Positions 1-11,532 of a DNA stretch of 64,000 bases are shown in pieces. The stretch's first letter is position 1. Every line of letters begins with the position of its first letter. The translations under genes and the position numbers were made by a program. The stretch comes from Thecamonas trahens ATCC 50062 (taxonomy: Eukaryota; Protista; Apusomonadida): NCBI RefSeq assembly GCF_000142905.1, contig NW_013657659.1:1-64000 (forward strand), given 5' to 3'. The notes beneath the pieces were generated by a model. The model did no database searches and was not told where the DNA came from. It was given only the letters and a program-made list of their open reading frames with translations.

Positions 1-2272
1 GTCTGGATTGTCCAAGAACAAGAACGAGGACAAGGACATGGGAGGGGGGAGGTGGTGTTGGTGGTGTCCTCTATCATCCGCAGCATCCCGATGATGTCTG
101 TCTCCCCAGGGGCTGCCGCCCCCCTGGACCCCCCGCTGCGCTGCGCTGGCTCGACGATGGTGTTGCCTTGGGTCTTGTGTGGCGTCGCCTGCCTTGGCCT
201 GGGCCCGTTGATGGTTGGTTGCCTGTCGTCGTCTCTTATCTTCCCTGTCCTCGCTCCGCACTGCTTCTTACGACTCAAGTCAAGTACTCTTTCGACAAGA
301 AACAAACGACGCACATCTCTGCACCCCGCTCCTCCCTGCTGGCTCTCTCTCAACCACAGTTCGTTTCAGCCCCGGTCTTCTTCAAGCGCATCACAGAGCC
401 CGCCGGAGCTTCCTCCGACGCCCCCTGCCCAACGCCCCGGGTCTCCCGGCCTCGCCCAGCACCAGCTTGACCTGGCCACTCCGCTCAACCGGCTCCTTCC
501 TCCACTTGCCCTGTCCTAGCTCGCAAGAGCCATCAGTGCAACTCAACAAGCCCACTCTCCCGCCATGCCGCGCCGTCTTGCTTGCCAAGTCGCCGCGGTC
601 TCTAGCTGGTATCATGCGCTGCCGCTGTTAGCTTCAGCCTGCGCCCGCGCCCTGGCCGTAGAGCCAGAGCCCGGACCCACGCCAGTGCTCGTGAGGGGTT
701 GCCCGCCTCGGTGGGTTGGGAGAAGTTGACTGTTTTCACACATTGTGGTTGCAGTTCTCTCCCCATCACGAGTTTGGCCACAGAAATTGACAACCCTCTG
801 TGTTAGCGTAGGCTGTGGGGATGGTGAGATCGATGGGAGTGATGGGGTGCCGGGGTGGCGCACTTGGTCGGATCTTGTTGGTCGGGGTCTGGGGGGTGAT
901 TATGGTTATTGCACCACACCCGTCCAGCCTCCACACGCTTGCCATCACTCGCCAGCCGTCGCGAGGCCGACCACCAGCATCATCACCATACACATCCCCC
1001 CCCCCCACCCACACACATGCGCATGCATCCACATCCACTTGCTCGCCATACCCACATCCCACCAACCCCAGCCAGCCAGCCATTGATCACAAATTCTCAC
1101 CTGATCACACAACCTCACCACCCACACCCCGCCATCAATCATCACCTACCTACACACCACCCATCCCAGTCCCAGCCCAAACACCCACATGCACTGGCCG
1201 TCGTCCGCGACCTGCCTGCCATCCACACATTGCCAGATGGCGCTGCCTGCGCCCTCCAGCTGCTGAAGATGAGACCCAGATACATGCGCCGAGCACAACT
1301 ATGCCTCGCACATCCGCCACACACAACCGTCATCGCTCTCCTGCAACCACCACGCCCGACCATCCATCCCATCAACCCCCATCACCTGCTGCTGCTCAAC
1401 CATCCTAACCCTAACCCCTACCGTCCTCTGCAATCCAATCACCCCTCATCGCACATCAACACTCTGTCCTCCTTTATCCCGATCTCCCCCACACCTCCCC
1501 ACCGCCTCCGCCAGTCCTCCTTACCGTCCTCGATCAAGCGAGGGCAGCCGGCCAGCTCTGCTTTGCTGGGCGTCGTGCTACCTCTACCTGACAACGACGT
1601 ACCTTGCCAACCCCATCCATGTCCCTCGCTCGTTGTCCTCATCGCCGCCGCCCGCACACGCGCCCTGGCTCACGCCCCGCGTCCGCAATCTGATCTCTGC
1701 CATCGAGGCGTTGCGCATGCCGACTGCCACCGACCGCACCCTCGCTCGCAGCCGAGTGCTGCTGACACCAGCCCCATCGTCCTCCTCGCCGACGTTACCG
1801 CTGGCATGACGACTGCCACGCCGCCGTTCATGGGCTGGGCAAACAACAAGCCGACCACGCTCCGTCCACCGCAGCCGCACGGCAGCCTGGGCACCACCGC
1901 CCTGGCGGTCGATGCAACGTCGTCGTTCTTCCTCGATAACGCGCTACGGTTCCAGCTCGCCATCAAGCTAACAGCGGAAGCAACAAAGCCCTGCCCTGCT
2001 CCGCCCAGACGAATGGGACATCCGGTCGCTCGACGACAGCGAGCACATGCCATCACCCCTCCACAGACTCGTCGTCGCCAGATCGCGGCACAGACCTCGA
2101 TCACAACAGCCGCGCTGGGTCACCGTGCCAATCGACACCATGTGCTCGCAAAGAGGGTCAGGTCGTCGAGCCAGCGGAGCGACCGCCCGCCGGCAACTGA
2201 GAGTGTTTAACCCGCAACTAGACGCGTTGAGTTTGCTGCGGCAGTGTGATCGCGGATGTCGACAGTCGCTGC

Positions 2273-4276
2273 TCACGAGCCTACTCTTGGCACCCGGACT
2301 GGCGCCACGTAGTGCGGCCGTGGAGTAAACTCGGGAGGCGTCGGCGGCCGCGGAATGATCGGGCCTGAGTGGAGGAGCAGGTGCTGCGGCAGCGGCGACG
2401 ACTTGGCGAGTGCGCGCGCCCGCTTGGCCGGTTCGGCAAGAAGATTTGGGTCAACGGGCTCGGCCTCACCGTCCTCAGACGGCTCGGACGGCTGATAGCC
2501 GTCGATCATGCCTCCGCGCGCCCGCTGCATTCGCTGCTCGTTTTTGCGCAGCCCGGCAGCCAACTTCTTGTTGGCCCTGGCAGCGATGGCGTCGAGCGTG
2601 GCCTGGACATCGGGTGCGCGTCCCACCGTCGTGCTAACCTTGCCGGGCCGGCCTGGTCCGCGCGGTGCCGTCATCATCGACGCCGTCCCCACCGCATCTG
2701 TCCGCACGCCCAGGGCCACAAGATGGCGGTGCGTGACAAACTGCAGCCGCTCCTCGGTCTCCTCAATCTCTCCCAACAGTGCCGTTTTCTTGGCCTCAAA
2801 CTCGGCCCGCATAGTGGCCTCCTCGTCGGATACCGCCTCGCGCACCGCCATCAAGGTGTATCGGTGGGTGTGGAGGCGGAACTTGAGGGCGTCGAGCTTG
2901 TGCTTGCGAATCGTGTGCTCGCGCTTGGCCAAGGCCCGCTGTGCAGCCTCACGACGTGCAGCCCGTTCGCGGTTGGCAGCCACAAGCTCTTGCCGGAGCG
3001 CAGCCTTGCCCGCCAGCTCGGCTGCGTACGCCTCGCGCTCCGCTCGCGCTCGCTTTCCGCCGGCCCGCCGGTGCCGCTCCTTCTGGATGAGCGTCAGGAT
3101 CTTAGCCTCGCGCTCGCGCTCTGCCGCAGTATCGGCCAGCGCCTTGCGCTCGCGCACTTTGGCGTTCATCGGCGATGCCTTGGCCACCGCTTGAGCTGCT
3201 CTGCTCTTCTCCTCCTGGAACGCGTTCACCCGCGCAAGCTTGGCTTCCAGTGCCGCCCGCTTGCGCTCGGCCTCTTGCAACGCAAGGGCCTCGGCCCGCT
3301 GGCGTGCTCGTGCCTGGTTCTGCCGCTGTGCAGTTGCTGCCTTGCGCCGCGCCTCAGACTTTTCCATCTCCAGCTGGACTCGCCGCGCTGCTGCCCGCTC
3401 CTCCTTGGAGAGCAACGCCGCCGCGAGTCGTTCCTTGTCGACTCGTGCCTTTTCTGCCGCTGCCTCGGCCCGCCGTTCAAACGCCGCCATCTTGGCCGCG
3501 TTGCGCCGTGAGATCTTCTCCCGCAGTGCATCGTACTTGGACGGTTTGCCCGACGCGAGCGCCATCAGTGCCTTGGATTTTTCGGTCACCTCGGATGAGA
3601 GCAGATCGCGGCGCTTGCGCAGCATCTCCAGCTCGGCATTCATCGACTTCTCCAGCACCGTCAAATGATTCTGTGCCGCTTGCGTTCTCAGCTTGTGTCT
3701 CCGTGCCTCGTCGGTCTCCAGCATCTCAAACCGTGCCCGCGACCGCGAGCTGCTCAACCCGCCGCCGGTCTCCTCCGCCTCCAACTTCCTCTGGATCGCC
3801 TCCGCCCTCTCCAGCACCTCGTCCACGAGTCTCCTCCGCCGACCCTCGCGCAGCTCCGCCTTTTCATGCGCCAATTTGGCTTGCACCTTTTCTTGTACCG
3901 GGCGTGCCCTCGGCGATACCGCCATGACAGCAGCTCGCGCCTCGGCAGCTTCAGCCTCGATGACCACGGCCGGAACCGGTCGCAAGTCGGCCGGCCTCAG
4001 TCCCAGCTCAGCCATGGCGCGACGAACGATAGCATTGTCCAACGAAAACGGCAGGGGAGTGGCCACAACAGCTGATGCACTTGCTTCCTCCGAAATAGTC
4101 CCTGTAGCCCCTGTTGCCTTTGAAGCCTTTGTCCTCGCTTCAGACGCCTTGCCTGTCTCTTGTCCTGCTGTGGCGAGCTGGCTTCGACTCGAAGTCATGC
4201 TCCCACTTCCTCCCCCACCAACACCTCCCTGAGGTGGGGTAGGTACCCGGCGTGTGTCTGTTCCTGCCGTCTCCAT
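2273..4276 (-). CDS. Uncharacterised long coiled-coil protein (A/E/K/R-rich)
   Basis: Single long ORF (2273..4465) with strong helical heptad character. The ATG at 4276 (METAGTDT) is a likely start; the upstream GTG start overlaps the neighbouring stop. No family recognised. Confidence 0.7.
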   Translation of the reverse strand: METAGTDTRRVPTPPQGGVGGGGSGSMTSSRSQLATAGQETGKASEARTKASKATGATGTISEEASASAVVATPLPFSLDNAIVRRAMAELGLRPADLRPVPAVVIEAEAAEARAAVMAVSPRARPVQEKVQAKLAHEKAELREGRRRRLVDEVLERAEAIQRKLEAEETGGGLSSSRSRARFEMLETDEARRHKLRTQAAQNHLTVLEKSMNAELEMLRKRRDLLSSEVTEKSKALMALASGKPSKYDALREKISRRNAAKMAAFERRAEAAAEKARVDKERLAAALLSKEERAAARRVQLEMEKSEARRKAATAQRQNQARARQRAEALALQEAERKRAALEAKLARVNAFQEEKSRAAQAVAKASPMNAKVRERKALADTAAEREREAKILTLIQKERHRRAGGKRARAEREAYAAELAGKAALRQELVAANRERAARREAAQRALAKREHTIRKHKLDALKFRLHTHRYTLMAVREAVSDEEATMRAEFEAKKTALLGEIEETEERLQFVTHRHLVALGVRTDAVGTASMMTAPRGPGRPGKVSTTVGRAPDVQATLDAIAARANKKLAAGLRKNEQRMQRARGGMIDGYQPSEPSEDGEAEPVDPNLLAEPAKRARALAKSSPLPQHLLLHSGPIIPRPPTPPEFTPRPHYVAPVRVPRVGS

Positions 4277-4461
4277 GGTCGCACCCAGTGTGCGCACGCT
4301 GAAGAGTTGGCTGTCTCGTCGCCGTTGTCCTCGTTCTCGCCCAACTCGTCGGACAGCTTCCATTCGCCGTTGCTCGCCCCAACGCCCAAAAACCAATACG
4401 CGCGCCACACCCAGCCCGCGCCAAGCTTCATTCCCACTATCACCATCATCACCCTGGACTG

Positions 4462-7400
4462 TCACTCGTACAAGGCCCGACTACCGCCGTCGTCATAATC
4501 ATAATCATACGAAAACGATGCAGGCTCGGCTTGAGACTGATCGTCGTCCGACGGGAGCGTGGTTCGCCGGCCACCGGCGGACTGCGACGAGGACAACCGC
4601 CGCGCCGCGATGGTGCGGTTGGTCGGCGGCTTACACTGCGTAGCACCGGGAGCAGGTATCGCCACGGTGAGATGCATTGAATGTGCGCCGCGCCGCCCAT
4701 TGACCACTTGCGCATGGGCAGGGCGGGCTGACGTCGCTGTCGAGAGAAGCGTCGAGAGCGCGTCTGGATCGGCGGCGAGGACGAGGACGCGGTCGTCGGC
4801 GCGGATGATGGTGTCGGGTGCCGGGTTGGTGTAGACGTAGCGCGAGTGCGGCGTGCCGGATCCAGCTTCGCTCGTCGTCTTGCGGTAGAGCGCGAGCGGG
4901 ACAACCGACTCGCGCAGGATCAGGAGCTCGAGAAGGGTGACATACGGACGCCCGTTCAAATGGAGCGGGACCGAGATCTGATACGGCGCCGATGAGAGGG
5001 CAGCAAACACCGCGTGGTCCCCGAGCCCGATGCACTGCCGCACAATGTCGACCACGTCCGAGTTGACAAACACCTGGACCATCATCGAGTCGAGAATGGT
5101 CGACGTAAACGTGTGGCCGGCCGCAAACGGGCGCGTAAAGTGGTACGAGCCCGCCGAGAGGTCATCCTCGAGCTCGGCCGTCAGGTAGCGGATCGAGTCC
5201 CCGTACGAGAGCTCGGTAAAGACCAGGTCCGAGCGCGACGGCACAAGCCGCTTGAGCAGCCGCGCAGTAAAAATCGCGTCCGAGTCGGCGACCACGTCCG
5301 GCTCGGACGCCGACTTCTTGGTCGACGCGCCGAGGATGACCACGCGCAGCGCACGCTGCGCCCCGGCTTTGGCGAGATCGGTCACAGACATGTAGTTACC
5401 GCGGAAAAAGTACACGAGGTCCATTCGGCAGATGACGTGCCAAAGCGCCTCGCTCGGCTCGTTCTCGTGAAGGATGAGGATCGGGACCTGCACCACTTGT
5501 TTCCGCGACCGGAGCGTGAGGAGGAACGATGCCATGCCGTCGAGCGTGCCGGCCACAATCACGTGCGACAGCATGGCGTTCGAAGGCACATACATACACT
5601 CACTGCGCGAGCGTGGTGCTGCCGATCGGAGCGAGTACACGTGGTCCCACACGTTGCTCTCCGACGCCTCGTTGCTGCCCACTCGTCCTCCGACCTCGCT
5701 CTTCATCGACGCCCGTGTGAACGACGTCTTGAATCGCCGCCGCAAGTCCGAGCCGGACCCGGTGCTCGTCGGCGAGTCGAGGCCCGTCCTGCTTGCTGTT
5801 GCGCTCGGCGCAAAGTCGAGCCAGAGCGACTCCTCTACCGAATACGGCTGCTCGACGTAGTGGCTGGCGGCGTACGCCCACTCGGGAATGACATTGGATG
5901 AGTACGGCGCTGCCACCGACGACCGCCGCCTGCTCCGCTCAGGTGACTTGTCACTGCTGCCGCCCGCTGCCGTCGAAGCTCGTCGCGCCGGCCGCGTCGT
6001 CGCCGCCGTTGGCAGCGTCACCGTCGGGCCCACCTCGACCGGCGTAAGGAGGATCGAGTGCACAAACTCGACTACCTTGTCCCAGGTCGACTCGGGCGCT
6101 GGGGTGCCGGGCTGTCGGTACTGCGGGTGGCCGGCAAGGACCGGCTCCGAGGCAGGCGTCTTCGCTGTCGGTGGGCGATCGCTCCTCCCGCTTTGCTCGC
6201 TCTCGCCGTCGGTAAAGTACGGCGAGATGAGAGCCTTCGGATCGGGCGCGAGGAGAAACATGATGTCCCCGGGGCGGAGCAAGTACGCGTCGCCGGGGTT
6301 GAGCCACGTCCGTGACTCGCCAAGCACCTCGCACTCGAGGGCAAAAGCGGTGACGCCAAGCTCAGAGAAGAGGAGATACACGGCTTCCGAAAACGTCATG
6401 TCTGCCAGTGCCGATGTGATGCTCTTGCAGTAAATCTCGTTGCCGTAGCCGGCCGCATACTCTTCCTCCCACGAGCCAGGTGGGTAGGTGACGGTCGAGT
6501 CGGAAAACGAGCGAAGGAGGTTGATGAGAAAGGTGGAGAGGCCTGGCGTGATGGCGTTTGACGCCATGATTCCCATCTTGATCTCGTCAAGGCAGAGGAT
6601 GTAGTCGCAGCCTGCTGCAGTAAGATGGGTCATGTTGATCCGACGGAGAAGCTGCGAAATGATGACCACCTCGGAGCTCGCCGCCCGCACCGCCACGCAC
6701 CGCATGATAGTTACAACGTCCTGTGCAAACGCATTTGGCACAGCTTTGGGCGTGAGAATAAAGCATGTCGACGCCTCACTGATCGCTGTCCGGGCCAAGT
6801 CGGCCTTGTCCATGGCCGAACCCTGGAGGAGAACCACCCGGTGGGCAAAGAACGGGTTGGCGACGGCGCGGATGAGATCCTCAGGCGGATAGCAGTCGAG
6901 GAGGATGGCCATCCGCACATCGTGCAGAGCATTGTCTTTGTGGTAGAACTCTTGCAAAAAGCCGTGGATGGCCGGCGCCGAGTCTGGGCCCGAGCCGAGG
7001 ACGACGACGTGGTCGTACCCGCTCCGCACCACAAAGACCGACGACAGGTACACGTTGCGCTTGGCGGCCAGATTGATGAGCTTGCCGGTCTCGGTCGGAA
7101 TGAGCGCCACGCCGAGAAAGACGAGCACAATGACCACAATCCGCCCGAGGTGTGTCGTGGGCGAGATGTCGCCGTAGCCGACCGTGGTCGAGGTGATGAC
7201 TGTGAACCAGAGCGAGTCGTGGAACGGAAAATCGTGGTCCTTGGACGACTCGACCAGCTGGATGAAGCACGTGAAACAAAAGAGAAAGTTAAAGATGGTA
7301 AGAAAAACGATCCACATCTGCCGCTGGAGCGAGCCCGACGAAAAGTCGAGGAGCTTGTGCGAGCGGAGGACTCGGAGAACCCGGAGAGCGGCGATGGCGC

Positions 7401-7872
7401 GGACGCCGATCGACGACGCGCTCGGATCGCGGTCGACGCCCGCAAGGAGCAAGAGAAAGAACGGAAGAATGGTGTAGACGTCGATGAGGGCGAAAAAGTT
7501 GAAAAAGTACGCCAACTTGTGTCGCGCCATGAACAGCCAGAACCCGTAGTCGGCCAGGATGGCGGCAGTGATGGCGCCCTCGGCCCAGAGCGTCCATCCG
7601 TTGGTCTTGGGATCAAGATACAGGCCAAGAACGTAGAAGCCCGCCGAGACAAACGATAGCACTACTTGCAGTAGCTGCCACGCCGCCCCATACTTGCGCA
7701 GCACCGTATCGCGGATCACAGCCTTGACCGCGCGCGACGAGGCCGAGAGGCCAAGACACGCCTGAGGACAACACTGCTTCCGCGTCCACCGCGTCACCCC
7801 AATAGCGGCAGGAATGGTAAGAGGGAGAAAGATGGTAAGCAGTATGAGCCATGTGTCTGAAATGCTGCTCAT
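4462..7872 (-). CDS. Slo/BK-family (KCNMA1-like) potassium channel with two RCK domains
   Basis: Selectivity filter TTVGYGD, S4-like RVLRVLRSHK, an extra N-terminal S0-like TM, RCK1 (HVVVLG...FLQEFYH...LCLDEIKMGIMA...PGLSTFLINL) and RCK2 (HVIVAG...PFAAGHTF...YVYTNP). Start taken at ATG 7872 (MSSISDTW). Confidence 0.93.
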   Translation of the reverse strand: MSSISDTWLILLTIFLPLTIPAAIGVTRWTRKQCCPQACLGLSASSRAVKAVIRDTVLRKYGAAWQLLQVVLSFVSAGFYVLGLYLDPKTNGWTLWAEGAITAAILADYGFWLFMARHKLAYFFNFFALIDVYTILPFFLLLLAGVDRDPSASSIGVRAIAALRVLRVLRSHKLLDFSSGSLQRQMWIVFLTIFNFLFCFTCFIQLVESSKDHDFPFHDSLWFTVITSTTVGYGDISPTTHLGRIVVIVLVFLGVALIPTETGKLINLAAKRNVYLSSVFVVRSGYDHVVVLGSGPDSAPAIHGFLQEFYHKDNALHDVRMAILLDCYPPEDLIRAVANPFFAHRVVLLQGSAMDKADLARTAISEASTCFILTPKAVPNAFAQDVVTIMRCVAVRAASSEVVIISQLLRRINMTHLTAAGCDYILCLDEIKMGIMASNAITPGLSTFLINLLRSFSDSTVTYPPGSWEEEYAAGYGNEIYCKSITSALADMTFSEAVYLLFSELGVTAFALECEVLGESRTWLNPGDAYLLRPGDIMFLLAPDPKALISPYFTDGESEQSGRSDRPPTAKTPASEPVLAGHPQYRQPGTPAPESTWDKVVEFVHSILLTPVEVGPTVTLPTAATTRPARRASTAAGGSSDKSPERSRRRSSVAAPYSSNVIPEWAYAASHYVEQPYSVEESLWLDFAPSATASRTGLDSPTSTGSGSDLRRRFKTSFTRASMKSEVGGRVGSNEASESNVWDHVYSLRSAAPRSRSECMYVPSNAMLSHVIVAGTLDGMASFLLTLRSRKQVVQVPILILHENEPSEALWHVICRMDLVYFFRGNYMSVTDLAKAGAQRALRVVILGASTKKSASEPDVVADSDAIFTARLLKRLVPSRSDLVFTELSYGDSIRYLTAELEDDLSAGSYHFTRPFAAGHTFTSTILDSMMVQVFVNSDVVDIVRQCIGLGDHAVFAALSSAPYQISVPLHLNGRPYVTLLELLILRESVVPLALYRKTTSEAGSGTPHSRYVYTNPAPDTIIRADDRVLVLAADPDALSTLLSTATSARPAHAQVVNGRRGAHSMHLTVAIPAPGATQCKPPTNRTIAARRLSSSQSAGGRRTTLPSDDDQSQAEPASFSYDYDYDDGGSRALYE

Positions 7873-8583
7873 GCTCGCTCTCTCGTCCCTCCGTCGAGCC
7901 CTTGTTCCTCTGCTGTCTCTTGCTCCGGCCGCCCCTCCTGCTCTCCAGTGCAGACAGTTGTTGCTTCGTTGACGACCCAATGCCACCGAAACTGCCCGCC
8001 CTCCTTCGACAGCGATCAAACCTATGAACAAGCACCACATCCCTCTCACACACACGCTGACTATTAAACCATGTGCTTTTCGTGCGCTGTCTCTCCCGTC
8101 TGACAAAGATGGCTCTCACGGCTTGCGATAGCCCGTATCCGCCTCGTGATCCCATCAACAATTACCTACAACAAATAATCGTACACTACTGCCAATGCAC
8201 CCACCCCCCCTCCTCCAGACATCAAGATCAACAGTACCACCCACAAGCCACAACTACTACAGCCACTATCACTGGTCCAACATAGTCCATCGATCGGCAC
8301 ATATGTTGATCGTTCGACAACTCGGTCAGCAACTCGGTCAGCAACTCGGTCAGCCCGTTCCATCTTTTGGTTGGCGCACAGGTGTGGCAGTTCAACGGGC
8401 GGGCGGGCGGGCGGGCGGGCGGGCGGGCGGCACAACGGGTGTCAGCTCCCACCACCACCACCCCCTCCCCGACCCACTGCTCAAAGACTACCACAGCCAG
8501 TCCTCTCCCAACGGGTACACCCACAACCAGTACGGCTACCCACTTCTACCCCTACACCCATTCCTCCTCCACTTTCCATACAC

Positions 8584-8616
<33 letters not shown>

Positions 8617-8701
8617 CTTCCCCCTCCCTCGCCCCCCCCCCCCGCCGCCGCCAACTCCCCCTCTCGGCTCACGTCGCCAACGCGCCGGAGACAGCCGTTA
8701 C

Positions 8702-8737
8702 ATGGCCTCACCGTATCGCGCTTACCTCTCGGGGCCC

Positions 8738-8768
<31 letters not shown>

Positions 8769-10501
8769 GTATGGCTGATAGAGGCAATGGTATGACTCCT
8801 GCCAATGAGCTTGCTCAGATCAACTCGCTCATGGCTGGCTCGGATTCTATGTATGGTGCTGGTGCTGGTGCTGGTGCTGGTCTCGGCTCGCCCTATCGTC
8901 ATCCGTCTGCTGCTGCTGCTGCCATGGCTTCGTCGTCGATGGCATCGCCGCCTCCAGCACCTTCGCCGGCCTCTTTCCTTCGGTCGTCGTTGCGAGGCGA
9001 TGCCCAGTTCCGGTCGTCCGACTACGTCACGCCGCTGGCCTCGTCGGCCGTTCCGCAGTCCAACTCCAAGGCAGTCATCTCGGCGCTCACCGCGCTGCAG
9101 CAGAAGATCAGGCGGCTGGAGCAGGACAAGGCGTACTATGAGGAGAACGCAACGTCGCTGAAGCACGAGAAGGAGACGTACAAGCAGATGCTCGAGCGCG
9201 AGCGCGCCGAGCTGCAGGCCCAGGCTGCCGCCCGCGAGAGCCAGCTCCGCAAGCAGAACCAGTCTGTGGAGACGACCCTCATGACGGCGCAGGAGCAGAT
9301 GGAGGCCATGCGCCGCGACCTCGACCAGCTGCGCTCGCGGGTCAACTCGGCCGAGTCGGAAAAGACCTCGCTCGAGCGCGCGCTCGCCGAGTCGAACGAG
9401 CGTGCCCATCAGATCTCGCAGCAGGCCGCCAACGAGTCGTTCGAGTCGTCGCGCCGCCTGCAGGAGCTCGAGCTCAATCAGGACATCATGCGCGCCGAGA
9501 CCGAGCGTCGCCTGCGCGAGCTGCAGAACTCTATCGTGGAAGAGCGTGAGAAGGCCAAGTCGGTGCTCGAGACTAGCGCCAAGACCAAGCAGACGCTCAA
9601 GCAGGTGCTCGACGTCAACGAGTCGCTCCTGGCGCGGGTGGCTGCGTCGGATGACGACGATGATGATGACGACGGCTCGTACGCCCGACACAGCCGGGTC
9701 CGGACCGGCCGCCGGCGGACGGCCTCGCGCAAGGGCTCGCGGGCAGGCGGCCGCCGGCCGCCGTCGGGCGCGCGCCGCCGCTCCGGCTCACGGTCGGCTT
9801 CGTCGCGGCTGCTGCGCCCGACCGCGGCATCGCGGTCGAAGCGCCGCTCCAAGAAGGGTCCGCGGCCCGAGCTGCCGTTTGTGGTCGGCAAGTCGGCCGG
9901 CAAGTCGTTCTCGGTCACTGCTAACATGCAGCAGGCCATGTCGCTGCTCAACGAGATGGAGCCCGTCGTGTCCGAGATGCGGGTCATCGACGCGTCGCGT
10001 CGCGAAGCCGAGCACCACGCCTCGCACTCGCACTCGCACGACGGCGGCTATGGCGGAGGCGGCGGAGGTCACAACGACGCCACCGGCACCGGCGGCGAGG
10101 CCGCGTCGGCGTCGTCGGCTCTCAACACCTCCACGCACTACTTTTCGCACCGCGGCATCGACGCCACCATCTCCTCCCTCGAGGACGAGTTCCAGGGCCT
10201 CTCCGACCGCTACCACGCCATGCGTGCCAAGCTCGAGGACCTCAACTCGGAGACCCCCATCGATGAGCTCAACACCATGCTCCGCTCCACCATCGACAAG
10301 ATGGAGCTCCGCGGCGACCAGATCAAGGCTCTCAAGCGCTACCGCCGCTCTGTCGCCCGCACCCTCGAGGCCACACACTCGCAGCTCGACTTTTATCGCG
10401 TCCTCCTCGAGCAAGAGTCACGCCACCATGCCACGCCGCTCAAGATCCTCCGCGGCATCCAGCAGCTCCAGCGCCAGCTTCGCGGTGAGGAGGAGATCTA
10501 G
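8702..10501 (+). CDS. CEP57: Centrosomal protein CEP57/translokin-like
   Basis: N-terminal motif AVISALTALQQKIRRLEQDK followed by coiled coil, central LPFVVGKSAGKSFSVTANMQ, and C-terminal LEDEFQGLS...MELRGDQI microtubule-binding motif, all typical of Cep57. The ORF upstream of ATG 8702 is low-complexity UTR-like sequence. Confidence 0.85.
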
Positions 10502-10782
10502 CCATCTGACTGACCTGTAGCCCGACAATGAACCCGCCATCAACACATCCTTCGACCCAACGGCTTTAGCTACGGCATCATGCCATCACGACTGGTCGCT
10601 TCTCACTCGCGTTGGCGCGAGGGTGGTCGGCAGTCGGTGGCCAGAGCGGTCGGCAGTCGGCGGTCGGCGGCTTTCGTCAGCAGGCACAGCCACTTGACGA
10701 CCGACAGCGCCACCTCGTACTCTCAAGCCACACACACACACACACACACACACACAAGGGGTACATCAATAGCGAGCTATTC

Positions 10783-10882
10783 NNNNNNNNNNNNNNNNNN
10801 NNNNNNNNNNNNNNNNNNNNNNNNNNNNNNNNNNNNNNNNNNNNNNNNNNNNNNNNNNNNNNNNNNNNNNNNNNNNNNNNNN
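10783..10882. other. Assembly gap (100 N)
   Basis: Run of exactly 100 N. Confidence 1.
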
Positions 10883-11440
10883 CTCCTCCCTCGAGGACGA
10901 GTTCCAGGGCCTCTCCGACCGCTACCACGCCATGCGTGCCAAGCTCGAGGACCTCAACTCGGAGACCCCCATCGATGAGCTCAACACCATGCTCCGCTCC
11001 ACCATCGACAAGATGGAGCTCCGCGGCGACCAGATCAAGGCTCTCAAGCGCTACCGCCGCTCTGTCGCCCGCACCCTCGAGGCCACACACTCGCAGCTCG
11101 ACTTTTATCGCGTCCTCCTCGAGCAAGAGTCACGCCACCATGCCACGCCGCTCAAGATCCTCCGCGGCATCCAGCAGCTCCAGCGCCAGCTTCGCGGTGA
11201 GGAGGAGATCTAGCCATCTGACTGACCTGTAGCCCGACAATGAACCCGCCATCAACACATCCTTCGACCCAACGGCTTTAGCTACGGCATCATGCCATCA
11301 CGACTGGTCGCTTCTCACTCGCGTTGGCGCGAGGGTGGTCGGCAGTCGGTGGCCAGAGCGGTCGGCAGTCGGTGGTCGGCGGCTTTCGTCAGCAGGCATG
11401 GCCACTTGACGACCGACAGCGCCACCTCGTACCTCTCAAG

Positions 11441-11498
<58 letters not shown>

Positions 11499-11523
11499 GG
11501 GTAACATTAATAGCGAGCTATTC
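10883..11523 (+). repeat. Near-identical duplicate of 10171..10782 (CEP57 3' end and 3' UTR) across the gap
   Basis: Sequence after the gap restarts at CTCCTCCCTCGAGGACGAG (= position 10171). Differences cluster near the contig end and in the (CA)n length. Probably an unmerged contig overlap. Confidence 0.9.
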
Positions 11524-11532
11524 CGGAGCAAT

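Noticed and set aside
1404-1419. CCTAACCCTAACCCCT telomere-like motif
   Set aside because: Only about two units in a C/A-rich tract, which is expected by chance.
52-2270. ORFs such as 909..2210 (+) and a possible gene start at 39 (-)
   Set aside because: Low-complexity His/Pro-rich translations with no recognisable domain. The region may be UTR, intergenic or decayed coding DNA and cannot be supported as a gene.
10171-11523. Apparent tandem partial duplication of CEP57 (93-aa ORF 10932..11213)
   Set aside because: It flanks a 100-N gap exactly, with mismatches only near the contig end and in (CA)n length. This is typical of an unmerged overlap or allelic contigs.
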